A stretch of DNA of 64,000 nt from a bacterium (GTDB lineage Bacteria; Patescibacteriota; Microgenomatia; JAMCZE01). Made by a program: the position numbers and the translations under genes. Positions 1 to 8,866 of this stretch are shown in pieces. The first letter of the stretch is position 1. Each line of letters begins with the position of its first letter. The DNA lies in contig JAKBJL010000002.1 of NCBI GenBank assembly GCA_021836035.1, forward strand, positions 71,484 to 135,483. Reading direction: 5' to 3'. The notes beneath the pieces are model-generated. The model was not told the DNA's origin. It saw nothing but the letters and a program-made list of their open reading frames with translations, and did no database searches.

Positions 1-662
1 GTTTTTTACCTAAGAGAAAAACTTGGGAATATTTATCTTCACTGGATGTTTTTGGTTACCTTTTAGCGCCACATCATTATGGTACCTGTGATCAGTCACT
101 TCAGGAAAGCATGGCCGCTGGCGTAGTACCTGTCGTTCTGGCGAACCCCATGGAAAGTTATATGGTAAAAAACGGAATTACCGGTATTGTGGTTAAAAAT
201 CAAACTGAATACGTTAGGGCTTTGCATGACTTGTATCGCAACCACAAACTAAGGAAGGTGCTATCTAAAAACGCTAGGCAATACGCTCAGAATTTCTCTC
301 TGGAGAAGATGATCGCAGAGTGGGATAAGGTATTTAAAGAAGCTTTAAGACTGCCAAAAACCCAAAAACGATGGAAAATCAATAGAAAAAACAAATTAGC
401 ACCAAAAGATATTTTTTTGGAATCCCTTGGGAGTTACGGTAAGGTTTTCGCCTCCTACTGCAACTCCAAGACTGACGAGGAAAAAGAGAGAGCTCTCAAA
501 AAAATAATAAAATTGGGGCAATTACCCAGATGGCAATCAGAGACGAAAAGTACGGTGCATAATTTCAATTCTTTTTTGCCTGGAGACAATTACCTAGCTT
601 TCTGGAGCAAAATGATGAGGAAGGCTCAAACCAATTATCAAGCCCAGAATAATAATGTATAA
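1..662 (+). CDS. Glycosyltransferase family 4 (GT-B, group 1), C-terminal part; 5' end outside window
   Basis: The frame is open from position 3 with no stop, so the Met at 111 is internal. The translation ...HHYGTCDQSLQESMAAGVVPVVLANP... matches the conserved C-terminal E-x7-E / 'EAMAaGxPVV' region of GT4 enzymes. Confidence 0.7.
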   Translation, partial: FLPKRKTWEYLSSLDVFGYLLAPHHYGTCDQSLQESMAAGVVPVVLANPMESYMVKNGITGIVVKNQTEYVRALHDLYRNHKLRKVLSKNARQYAQNFSLEKMIAEWDKVFKEALRLPKTQKRWKINRKNKLAPKDIFLESLGSYGKVFASYCNSKTDEEKERALKKIIKLGQLPRWQSETKSTVHNFNSFLPGDNYLAFWSKMMRKAQTNYQAQNNNV

Positions 663-1536
663 CAAGAATTTAGTTAGCGTCGGCATTCCCGCTTTTAATC
701 GTGCCGATAAAATAGAAAGAACAATAGATTCTATCCTTGCCCAGTCTTACAAATATCTTGAGTTAATTATTTCCGATGACGCATCCACGGACTGCACGTG
801 GCAAATCTGCAATGAATATGCCCGAAAAGATAAAAGGGTAAGGTGTTTTAGGCAAAAAAGTAACCTCGGGCTTAACGAAAATTTCAGTTTTCTATTAAGG
901 CAAGGGCGAGGAGAATATTTTTTGTGGATAAACGATGACGATTATTGTCATCCGGATTTTTTGTTGAAGTTAAAGAACGCTTTGGATAAACATCGCAGTT
1001 ACGGTATTGCTATGAGTTCTTTAAAGCAAATATTTGACGACGGCCAAGTGAAAAATGAGATAATTTATAAAGGTAAGAATAACGTTACAAACTATAGTCC
1101 AGGGCAGATTTTTAACGCAGCTATTTTTTATAATCCGCGAATTCACCTTTTTACGCTTGGCCTTTGGCGCCGAAAAGTTCTAGATCAACTTTTTATTCGA
1201 CCACTTCCGGTTACTACTGGAGTTGATAAAATCCTAGTTTGCGAGGCATCTTTCATGACGCGTTTTTATTCTGTCCCAGAAATTCTTTTCTATAAAACGC
1301 TTTATAGGGTTAATATGTTTGAGCGCCCATCCTATGGAGATTACCGAAGATTATATTTGAAGGACAGGGTCAAAATAAACTATACCATTACGCTGATTTT
1401 GTGGCTATTGACATCTCCAAATATTAGCATTCAACAAAAGATATTCTCCTTACCACCAAAGTTATTTTTAATTTTATGGTCAATGAAGTTTGAGCTCCTT
1501 AAGGAGATATTAATTAATTTTAGGAATATTATCTAA
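655..1536 (+). CDS. Glycosyltransferase family 2 (GT-A fold)
   Basis: N-terminal ...SVGIPAFNRADKIERTIDSILAQSY...LIISDDASTDCT... plus a DDD acidic motif (WINDDDY) is typical of GT2. A 4-nt ATGT/TAA-type overlap with the upstream GT4 suggests translational coupling. Confidence 0.75.
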   Translation: MYNKNLVSVGIPAFNRADKIERTIDSILAQSYKYLELIISDDASTDCTWQICNEYARKDKRVRCFRQKSNLGLNENFSFLLRQGRGEYFLWINDDDYCHPDFLLKLKNALDKHRSYGIAMSSLKQIFDDGQVKNEIIYKGKNNVTNYSPGQIFNAAIFYNPRIHLFTLGLWRRKVLDQLFIRPLPVTTGVDKILVCEASFMTRFYSVPEILFYKTLYRVNMFERPSYGDYRRLYLKDRVKINYTITLILWLLTSPNISIQQKIFSLPPKLFLILWSMKFELLKEILINFRNII

Positions 1537-2792
1537 ACCCTATTAATATCCCAATCAAGCTTGGGACGAATTATACCAGGCCAACCAGTATGAACATAAC
1601 GGTGAGCGGTCTTTGGATCATCATTGTCAACAATTTCAAAAGAGAGGGCCTTCGGACATTCGACATTACAACCGCTTACTGGAAAGTAATAATTAATTAT
1701 TGGAGTTATAGAATAAAACCCTGGCGCTAAGAAATTTCCTGGAATCTTGCAAACCGAATTGTAAACACCCGGTATTCTTTGCTTACCTCCGTAAACGGAG
1801 TGTTGGAAATCAAACGATGATAGAAGATGAATTCCTTCTTGAGTTCGAAGATAAAAGCCGGCTGTTGGTCGATAATCACCACGCATAACCCAGTATTGAA
1901 TTTCAATCGAGAATGGATCAGTAATGTTTATCTTACCTGAGACTTGGCCGGATTTATTAAGAATCCTGACTGACTTAAGACGGGCATAGTTATCTCCTGG
2001 AGCTGAATTTTTAGATTTCCATTCTATCTTCGCTTGACTTGATAGTCCCCGTTCCAGATACGTTTCAATTACAAAGTCAGGATTACCAATTGTTACAACT
2101 TTTCCGCCATCCAGTAACATTACGCTATTACAAAGACGTTGAATCGTGGCTACACTATGTGAAACAACCAAAACTGTTCTGCCATCTTTTGCGACCTGCT
2201 CCATTTTTTCCAGGCTTTTTTTCTGAAAAACAACATCACCAGTGGCCAAGACTTCGTCGACAACAAGAATTTCTGAATCAAGATTTGCAGCTACAGCAAA
2301 AGCCAGGCGGGTATACATTCCAGAAGAATAGTATTTAACTGGCGTATCTAAAAAGTTTTCAATTTCAGAAAAGCCCACAATTTCATCAAACTTTCTAGCA
2401 ATAGTTTTTCGGTCCATCCCTAATATTGCCCCATTAAGAAAAACATTCTCTCTTCCAGTTAATTCCGGATGAAAACCGGTGCCAATCTCTAAAAGACTGG
2501 TTAGTCGGCCGGAAATTTCTGCCCGTCCACTAGTCGGGGCTGTGATACGACTTAAAATTTTAAGCAAGGTACTTTTACCCGCTCCGTTTCGGCCAATTAT
2601 CCCCAATATCTCTCCCTGCTTTACCTCAAAAGAAATATCTTTTAGTGCCCAAAACTCATGTTCCTGCAAAACCGGAGCCGACGAATTGGATACGGCTTCC
2701 ATGATGGAATCACGTAATGTATCCTTACGGCGCTTCCCCCCGATAGAATATTTTTTAGAGATCTTATTAACTTTAATAATGGCTTCAGACAT
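1533..2792 (-). CDS. wzt: ABC transporter ATP-binding protein, Wzt/TagH-type polysaccharide exporter with C-terminal extension
   Basis: Walker A GRNGAGKST, ABC signature YSSGM, Walker B ILVVDE and H-loop VVSHS are all present. About 170 beta-rich residues follow the nucleotide-binding domain, as in Wzt proteins with a C-terminal glycan-binding domain. It lies immediately downstream of the ABC-2 permease gene with 2-nt spacing. Confidence 0.85.
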   Translation of the reverse strand: MSEAIIKVNKISKKYSIGGKRRKDTLRDSIMEAVSNSSAPVLQEHEFWALKDISFEVKQGEILGIIGRNGAGKSTLLKILSRITAPTSGRAEISGRLTSLLEIGTGFHPELTGRENVFLNGAILGMDRKTIARKFDEIVGFSEIENFLDTPVKYYSSGMYTRLAFAVAANLDSEILVVDEVLATGDVVFQKKSLEKMEQVAKDGRTVLVVSHSVATIQRLCNSVMLLDGGKVVTIGNPDFVIETYLERGLSSQAKIEWKSKNSAPGDNYARLKSVRILNKSGQVSGKINITDPFSIEIQYWVMRGDYRPTAGFYLRTQEGIHLLSSFDFQHSVYGGKQRIPGVYNSVCKIPGNFLAPGFYSITPIINYYFPVSGCNVECPKALSFEIVDNDDPKTAHRYVHTGWPGIIRPKLDWDINRV

Positions 2793-2794
2793 AT

Positions 2795-3613
2795 TTAAAC
2801 ATAATCAGCAAAGTTGTCTTCAGATCGGGAAAAATAAAATAGTCCAAAGGTAAAGACGATTAAAGTGATTAATAGTGAAATTAACACTAGGCCAAAATCA
2901 ATGTTATTGCTGCCCGCAACTAATGTCCTAAACGTCTCAAAAATACCGGTCAGAGGATTGGCAATCAGAAACCACTTGCGGTAATCGTAAATTATACTTA
3001 GCGGGTAAATTACGGGAGTAACGAAGATCCCAATCTGAACGAAAAAAGGCACAAGAAAACGAATATCACGATAACGGACATTCAGAGTGGCTAAAAATAG
3101 ACCGAGACCCAAAGTATTTAGCGATAGCATAAAGAGAAGCAGCGGAAGGAATAGAATTAACAATGGGCTGGGAATAATTCTATAGTAAATAAACATTAAT
3201 ATTAAAGGTATAAGGGAAACGAAAAAATCGACAACACTGGTCAGTACCGCAGATAACGGGATGAATAATCTCGGAAAATAGATTTTTTTAATAACCGGGC
3301 CCATGAGAACAACACTATTACTCGCCAAAGTTAATCCGCCTGAAAAGAAATTCCATAGGATTAGGCTGGAAAAAGAAAAAAGAGGATAAGGGAGATCTCC
3401 TGACGGAATTTTAGCCAGTTTTCCAAAAAAGATACTAAAAACTGCCGTCGTGACTACCGGTTGAAATAGAACCCATGCAATTCCCAAAAATGTCTGTCGA
3501 TATCGGACTTTTATGTCCCGCCAAACAAATACAAAAAGAAGTTCCCGTGACCGCCAGAGGTCATGAAGATTAATATCCCAAGGGCTTCGTTTTGGTCTGA
3601 TAACTGTGGTCAT
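2795..3613 (-). CDS. wzm: ABC-2 type transporter permease (Wzm/TagG family)
   Basis: The N-terminal amphipathic segment ...LWRSRELLFVFVWRDIKVRYRQTFLGIAWVLFQP... is followed by about 6 hydrophobic helices. The 272-aa size and its pairing with wzt are classic for an O-antigen or teichoic-acid ABC exporter. Confidence 0.8.
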   Translation of the reverse strand: MTTVIRPKRSPWDINLHDLWRSRELLFVFVWRDIKVRYRQTFLGIAWVLFQPVVTTAVFSIFFGKLAKIPSGDLPYPLFSFSSLILWNFFSGGLTLASNSVVLMGPVIKKIYFPRLFIPLSAVLTSVVDFFVSLIPLILMFIYYRIIPSPLLILFLPLLLFMLSLNTLGLGLFLATLNVRYRDIRFLVPFFVQIGIFVTPVIYPLSIIYDYRKWFLIANPLTGIFETFRTLVAGSNNIDFGLVLISLLITLIVFTFGLFYFSRSEDNFADYV

Positions 3614-3849
3614 ATCGGTTAACTTTCTCGTATTAAGTCTAATATTCTCGTGGCTCTAATTTTCCAGGCATATTTCTGATTGATTTCTTTATTAGTAATA
3701 AAACTTAGCATTGCCTAATTGCTGACTATGATATGCCAAGACTTTCGTGATCCGCAACAACCACTTTATCTAAAATTTGCCAATTACCACCTATATTTTA
3801 AACTATTTACCCCCGGATGCCCTTTGCCAGTGCTATCATAAAAAATTCT
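3614..3849 (-). promoter_or_regulatory. AT-rich intergenic region upstream of wzm-wzt; probable promoter/terminator region
   Basis: This is the only non-coding stretch longer than 100 bp in the window, and it lies between the GT4 stop (3850) and the wzm start (3613). No convincing -35/-10 pair or hairpin could be assigned by eye. Confidence 0.25.
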
Positions 3850-5001
3850 TCAATCATACATAAAAAGCCTCAAAAATTTTCCAACACCCTTCAGCAAATC
3901 ATAACTTTTAACTTGTCTGCGCTCGATTTGAGACAGTTTGGTAGATGTTGCGGGCGAGTTAATAAGTTGAATTATTTTCTGAGCAAAGACGGAGGGATCA
4001 CTTGATTTAACAAGACTGCTGCGTTCCATTCCCGATAGTAGATAACGCGGTCCAACAGTATCTGTTGCCACAATAGGAACTCCTATAGCCATTGCTTCCA
4101 AAACCACCCGGGGAAATTCTTCTTCTTTTGAGGGCATAAAAAAAATATCTGCTATGGAAAAATATTTAGATATCTCTCGATTGCTAATTGGGCCAAGCAT
4201 TATAATTTCTTTATTTAAATGTTTTTTGCTCACTTCGGACTTTAAACTTGAGTATAAAGGCCCCCCACCTATGACAATAATAACCACATTTTTGATTCTT
4301 GACATTAACTTTTCGGCTATAGGTATAATCTTGTCGGCACCTTTTCGAGGTGACAACCAATGTACAAATAGCACTATCTTCTTATTCCGAACTCTGAGTT
4401 GTGCTTTTAGTTTATTTTTCTCTAAAGTAGAAAGTCTAGGAAATCTCCTCAAGTTAATCCAGAGCGGAAATATTTTAACTTTAATCTGATTGATATGATA
4501 TGTCGTTATAAAATACTCTTTCATGCCGGGGTTACTTGTGACCAGGAAGGAAACCAAATCCAAATTCAGACGAAAAGCGATTTCTTCCCATATTCTATGT
4601 TTGTGGTGTGAGTAAAACTGGGAGAACCAGAAAAATGATCTACCACCGAAAATTCTGACAATTATTGAGGCTATAATTGAAGAATAAAGAGAATAATGAA
4701 TATAAAAATTCTGATAACCTTTGAACTTTAGAATACTAAAAATGAACATTCTTTCTATAAGATTAAAAGGGGGGATACCAAAATGTGCAAGGTATGCATG
4801 CCCGAAAGGAGGCAGAGCAGAAGAAGGATTTTCCAAATAAATATAGAGATCAGACTTGCTAGACACATTTTCCAACAATTCATATATGTGGAAATAATGG
4901 CTACTAGAGTCAGGATTATATTCTGAAATAACATAACAAATTTTGGATTTCATAATTTTCTTAAAGCGTATAGGGAATATTCTCTGAAGGATATTTTGCA
5001 A
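3850..5001 (-). CDS. Glycosyltransferase family 4
   Basis: The N-terminal KICYVISEYNPDSSSHYFHIYEL and the C-terminal ...FMPSKEEEFPRVVLEAMAIGVPIVATDTVGP... E-x7-E motif are both GT4 hallmarks. Confidence 0.8.
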   Translation of the reverse strand: MQNILQRIFPIRFKKIMKSKICYVISEYNPDSSSHYFHIYELLENVSSKSDLYIYLENPSSALPPFGHAYLAHFGIPPFNLIERMFIFSILKFKGYQNFYIHYSLYSSIIASIIVRIFGGRSFFWFSQFYSHHKHRIWEEIAFRLNLDLVSFLVTSNPGMKEYFITTYHINQIKVKIFPLWINLRRFPRLSTLEKNKLKAQLRVRNKKIVLFVHWLSPRKGADKIIPIAEKLMSRIKNVVIIVIGGGPLYSSLKSEVSKKHLNKEIIMLGPISNREISKYFSIADIFFMPSKEEEFPRVVLEAMAIGVPIVATDTVGPRYLLSGMERSSLVKSSDPSVFAQKIIQLINSPATSTKLSQIERRQVKSYDLLKGVGKFLRLFMYD

Positions 5002-5203
5002 TCTTTCCGAAGAAGATACTGAATATCTCGGCAGTTACCAATGATTGAAATAATACCCAAGTAACCCCCAACAGGGTTTGTTTATATTTAGTTTTAATAT
5101 CCCGCAAGGCAAAAATATAAAATAGTTCTCGATATCGCCAAAGTTCGGACAAATCAATATTTAGTAACGAGGATTGGGGTTTAATAATAAATTCCCTGGT
5201 CAT
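4961..5203 (-). pseudogene. Truncated wzm-like ABC-2 permease remnant (N-terminal 80 codons only)
   Basis: The product MTREFIIKPQSSLLNIDLSELWRYRELFYIFALRDIKTKYKQTLLGVTWVLFQSLVTAEIFSIFFGKIAKYPSENIPYTL aligns over its full length with residues 1-80 of Wzm at 2795..3613 (about 50-60% identity by eye). It stops before any transmembrane helix, and its 3' end is overlapped by the GT4 start at 5001. Confidence 0.6.
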
Positions 5204-5251
5204 TAATTAAGATAAATTATAGCTTAAATATTTTTATATCCAAAATATATA

Positions 5252-5286
5252 TTTACATAAGTATCTTCCCCTGATATTATCATTTC
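5252..5286 (+). promoter_or_regulatory. Sigma70-like promoter for the epimerase gene, probably giving a leaderless transcript
   Basis: -35 TTTACA (5252-5257), an exact 17-nt spacer, an extended -10 TGaTATTAT (TG at 5272-5273, -10 at 5275-5280), and the ATG at 5287. There is no Shine-Dalgarno between the -10 and the ATG, so the predicted transcription start falls at or next to the start codon. Confidence 0.4.
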
Positions 5287-6210
5287 ATGAAAATTCTTAT
5301 CACCGGAGGCGCCGGATTTCAAGGCAGCCATCTTCTGGAGCACCTACTTCCCGGGAACCACCATATTACGATCTTAAATACCTATTCGGAAATCGCGGCC
5401 AGGAATATTAGTCTTTTATGTAAGGATATTAATTGTGTCTGGGGAAGTATTACTGATCCAGAGATAGTAGAAAAAACGATTAGAGGTCAGGACGTCATCG
5501 TTCATATGGCCGCAAGAATACATGTGGGAGAATCCATAAATAATCCCAGTGCCTTCATTGAGACTAACGTTAAGGGGACCCTTAATATTCTAGAGGCAAT
5601 GAGAAATGCCAATAGTAAAGCGCCAAGTTTAATTTATTGGAGTACCTGCGAAGTTTATGGAGCCCCGTTACAAGGCAAATTATCCGAGTGTTCCGAACTG
5701 AGGCCCCAAAGTCCCTACGCCGCCTCAAAAGCGGCTGCTGATCGCCTTTGCTATGCATACTATAAAACATATGGCTTAAATATTACGATCGTTCGACCAT
5801 TTAATATCTTCGGTGAACGACAAAAAATTGGGGTTGGTGGCGCGGTAATACCTACGTTCGTCGAACAAGCTATGAATAATCAACCGTTAACAATTTCCGG
5901 AAGCGGTAAGCAAACCAGAGATTATTTAAACGTCAAAGATGTCATACGCGCTTTTGATATTATTTTGCAAAACAAAAACTTATCCGGCCAGACCATTAAT
6001 TTTGCTACCGGGATAAACACCTCTATTTTAGAAATAGCAAGATACATTGCTAAAAAGTTTAATACCAAGATAATTCATACTAGTCCCAGACCGGGTGAGG
6101 TAATTGCCTTTCCTGCAGACTGCCATAAAGCAAAATCTTTGGGATTTCGACCCAGTATTCCAATTTGGGAAGGTATTGATAACTATATCAATTGGAGATT
6201 GCAGAAATAA
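5287..6210 (+). CDS. NAD-dependent epimerase/dehydratase (extended SDR; UDP-sugar 4-epimerase / NDP-sugar dehydratase-like)
   Basis: Rossmann motif ILITGGAGFQGSHL is present near the N-terminus. The catalytic Y-x3-K YAASK sits at the expected spacing after the S/T residue (WSTCEVYG). The 307-aa length fits the family. Confidence 0.85.
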   Translation: MKILITGGAGFQGSHLLEHLLPGNHHITILNTYSEIAARNISLLCKDINCVWGSITDPEIVEKTIRGQDVIVHMAARIHVGESINNPSAFIETNVKGTLNILEAMRNANSKAPSLIYWSTCEVYGAPLQGKLSECSELRPQSPYAASKAAADRLCYAYYKTYGLNITIVRPFNIFGERQKIGVGGAVIPTFVEQAMNNQPLTISGSGKQTRDYLNVKDVIRAFDIILQNKNLSGQTINFATGINTSILEIARYIAKKFNTKIIHTSPRPGEVIAFPADCHKAKSLGFRPSIPIWEGIDNYINWRLQK

Positions 6211-7396
6211 TTTTTTTACCTCTTTTTTTCCAGGTATATTCTCCTTTAACATCTATAAAAGCCCGACGTGAAATTTTACGGGCAAAATTCTGGTGCCCCA
6301 TAAGAAATACAATTTTATCTGCCAAATCCCGGGGATCATCGGGTTTGGCAAAAATAGCATTCTCTTTATCGTTCAGCACCTCTCTAACTGATGGTAAATT
6401 CGTGGCCAGAATAGGATTACCGCTAGCCATATATTCAAACATTTTTAAAGGGGCCATAGTATACGCATAGTGTTTGTTCCAGGGGAAAGGCATGGCGCAT
6501 ATATCGAAAGCACGCATATATAAATATAGAGTTTTAGGTGGGACATGGCCCAGGAAAAGAGCTTTGGCTTCCGGAATCTCTTCCTCCTCTAGCATTTTTT
6601 GATAGTTAATAATATTTTCCTGGGGCCCACCAACACAGACCAAGAACAAACCGGGATATTTTGGAATCAATAACCCCATCGCTTTAATCAGTTCGGGGAT
6701 TCCTTTTTCCATGCCCGCAGTTACAAAACGACCACCATAACCTACAATAAATTTATCCGTTGGTAAGGATAGTTTTTTCCTGATCCGTGGTTTGGTCGTT
6801 GTAAAATCAAAATCTTCCATGTTAATTCCGTTGGGTAATGTAATAATTTTTTCATTGGGGAATCCCTGCCGCCGATAATAATCGGCAATATTATGATTGG
6901 AGGTTATTAATAAATCTACTCTGTTTATCCCTAATTTCTCAGTCAAATCTTCATACCTGTTTTGTGGTGGGATATGTACTTCGTAAATTACCATGGGCTC
7001 ATAGAATAAACGCGCTATATTTAAAAGGATCAAGGCCTCCTTGCATTCTGTAAAAAGATGAATAATCCGTCTGTTTTTTGACCAGAGATAATAAAGTAGC
7101 GCTATACTGAATGACCAGCTCATGAAAAGATATCTTAAATGAAGGATAATTAGTTCTAATAGTGGTATGCGGGGAAGTTCCAAAGCAAATAATTTTTTAA
7201 TCGGATAAAAGCCTTTTTTAATTTGGTAGTAATCCCAGAAATTAGCTTTTTTCAGTGCAGACACCTGTTTGCGATCAGGAATAACCAATTCTACTTTCTG
7301 GTTATTATCTACATAGGATTTACACATTGAGGCGATAGCGAACGATACGCCCCGCTCCTCCGGCATTCTTATTTTGGTTATGAAAGATATTAGCAT
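6188..7396 (-). CDS. Glycosyltransferase family 4-like (GT-B)
   Basis: The C-terminal half ...GYGGRFVTAGMEKGIPELIKAM...FDICAMPF...MFEYMASGNPILATNLPSVREVL resembles the GT4 donor-binding domain. Its 3' end overlaps the epimerase convergently by 23 nt. Confidence 0.65.
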   Translation of the reverse strand: MLISFITKIRMPEERGVSFAIASMCKSYVDNNQKVELVIPDRKQVSALKKANFWDYYQIKKGFYPIKKLFALELPRIPLLELIILHLRYLFMSWSFSIALLYYLWSKNRRIIHLFTECKEALILLNIARLFYEPMVIYEVHIPPQNRYEDLTEKLGINRVDLLITSNHNIADYYRRQGFPNEKIITLPNGINMEDFDFTTTKPRIRKKLSLPTDKFIVGYGGRFVTAGMEKGIPELIKAMGLLIPKYPGLFLVCVGGPQENIINYQKMLEEEEIPEAKALFLGHVPPKTLYLYMRAFDICAMPFPWNKHYAYTMAPLKMFEYMASGNPILATNLPSVREVLNDKENAIFAKPDDPRDLADKIVFLMGHQNFARKISRRAFIDVKGEYTWKKRGKKIISAISN

Positions 7397-8190
7397 GATG
7401 CACTTATTAAACTACGTCCGCCTCTTAATGCTATCGCATTAAAATGAAAATTTTTAAAAATATCTCTGAATATTTCCAGTGATTTTCCCGTCAAATCTGG
7501 ATGATACTCACCTATATAATTTCGGGCGACCTTCATATCTTTTATTGTCAGAAACGCCCGATATTCTTCTCCCTCAATATCGAATTTAATTATATCCACA
7601 GTCTTTAATTTTAAATTCTTCAATATATCAGTTATTGTTTTACCCCTAACCCATATCGACCGCTGCCCCGCCTCCCTCTTCAAGAGCGATGACGACAAGT
7701 TATTATCCTGGTTTAGATAAAATTTATTATTACCGGATCTGTCGGTAATAGCCCAATTATATGCTTGAGCATTTGTTAACTGTTTTATATTCAACAATAG
7801 CAACTGATAATTTCCGGGGTTGGGTTCAAAACAAATTATTCTCGACTGGGTGAATTTCAGTTTGAAATAGATTACCGATATTCCGATATGCGAACCAAAA
7901 TCAAGAATAATAGGTTTAGAAGCTTTTATGTCATTACGGTAAATTTCTTTTAAAAACACGTCGTCAATAGCTACCAGGTCTGCATCATCTCTTATATAAA
8001 TAAAAAATTTGGTTCCCTTCCAGCACAGCTGCAACTTAACCGGGCTCGAGGTTAAATAGGGTAGTCTTCCCTTAAATAAGGACAGAAAAGACCTAAGGAT
8101 CAATTTGATTTTTGTGGATCTATCCGCACAAAGAAACAATAGTCTCTTGGTTCTATGTAAATTATCAGTAACGTTTTTCAGCAGTTGCAT
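7390..8190 (-). CDS. FkbM-family SAM-dependent methyltransferase
   Basis: ...IILDFGSHIGISVIYF...SRIICFEPNPGNYQLLLLNI...AITDRSGNNKFYL...VDIIKFDIEGEEYRAF... matches the Methyltransf_21/FkbM pattern (DxGAxxG...AFEP...N......KiDvEG.E). Confidence 0.65.
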   Translation of the reverse strand: MQLLKNVTDNLHRTKRLLFLCADRSTKIKLILRSFLSLFKGRLPYLTSSPVKLQLCWKGTKFFIYIRDDADLVAIDDVFLKEIYRNDIKASKPIILDFGSHIGISVIYFKLKFTQSRIICFEPNPGNYQLLLLNIKQLTNAQAYNWAITDRSGNNKFYLNQDNNLSSSLLKREAGQRSIWVRGKTITDILKNLKLKTVDIIKFDIEGEEYRAFLTIKDMKVARNYIGEYHPDLTGKSLEIFRDIFKNFHFNAIALRGGRSLISASC

Positions 8191-8219
8191 TCGTGTTCAA
8201 GAGATAAGATGAACCCTCA

Positions 8220-8864
8220 TTAAATTTTTTTTCCTACAAAAACGATGTCGTCGGCAAACAGATCCGGAAATGATTTTGCTAAAAAGTGGAATTTATCGAC
8301 TGTTAAAGCGTGTACCTCGACATCTGGAAATATGCTTTTAAAAACATTTCTTATAATACTTATTGAAAAAACGTTAAGATGTGTCGGATCGGAAATTGAA
8401 TTCGGAATTTGTCCTTTTAAAAATCTTACTCTTTCTAAAATATGAAAAGCATTCGGTACTGAACCTACGAATATGCCGCCGGGTTTTAGAATTCTAAATA
8501 CCTTCTTAATTACCTCCTTAGGGAAATAAAGATGTTCCAGAATTTCCCCTGCTACTATCACATCAAAGGAATTAGCAGTAAATGGCCAATTTCTGGAATT
8601 TAAATCAAATTGCCTAGTATTTATATATAGATTTTTTTTACAAATAGCTAGTAGTCTCTTATCAATATCTACTCCTAGGACGGTATTTCCTTTAGTAAAA
8701 TATTTCGTCATAGTACCATCACGACACCCAAGATCCAATACTCTTTTACCTCTGCCTATGATATCGGAAAACAATTTTCCGCGCTCTTTTTCAAAATAAG
8801 CAAAATATTCTCGGTGGTTATTCCGATGATGGTACTGATAAATATCGCTAATTACGGATTTCAT
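8220..8864 (-). CDS. Class I SAM-dependent methyltransferase
   Basis: Motif I VLDLGCRDGTMT, motif post-I VLGVDID and motif II/III FDVIVAGEILEHL...LKPGGIFV are all present. Confidence 0.7.
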   Translation of the reverse strand: MKSVISDIYQYHHRNNHREYFAYFEKERGKLFSDIIGRGKRVLDLGCRDGTMTKYFTKGNTVLGVDIDKRLLAICKKNLYINTRQFDLNSRNWPFTANSFDVIVAGEILEHLYFPKEVIKKVFRILKPGGIFVGSVPNAFHILERVRFLKGQIPNSISDPTHLNVFSISIIRNVFKSIFPDVEVHALTVDKFHFLAKSFPDLFADDIVFVGKKI

Positions 8865-8866
8865 GT

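Noticed and set aside
111-662. The Met at 111 as the start of the first CDS
   Set aside because: The reading frame is open back to position 3, and Met111 lies inside the conserved GT4 'EAMAAG' motif. The gene therefore begins upstream of the window.
3614-3849. A possible tRNA or small RNA in the only sizeable intergenic region
   Set aside because: There is no cloverleaf-compatible stem pattern, T-loop (GTTCRANYC) or CCA-proximal acceptor pairing that I could find by eye. The region is AT-rich and promoter-like.
2039-4489. Plus-strand ORFs 2039..2338, 2479..2853, 3817..4005 and 4154..4489
   Set aside because: They are antisense to, and fully embedded in, well-supported wzt, wzm and GT4 genes. 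They have no recognisable motifs and are low-complexity translations of the reverse strand.
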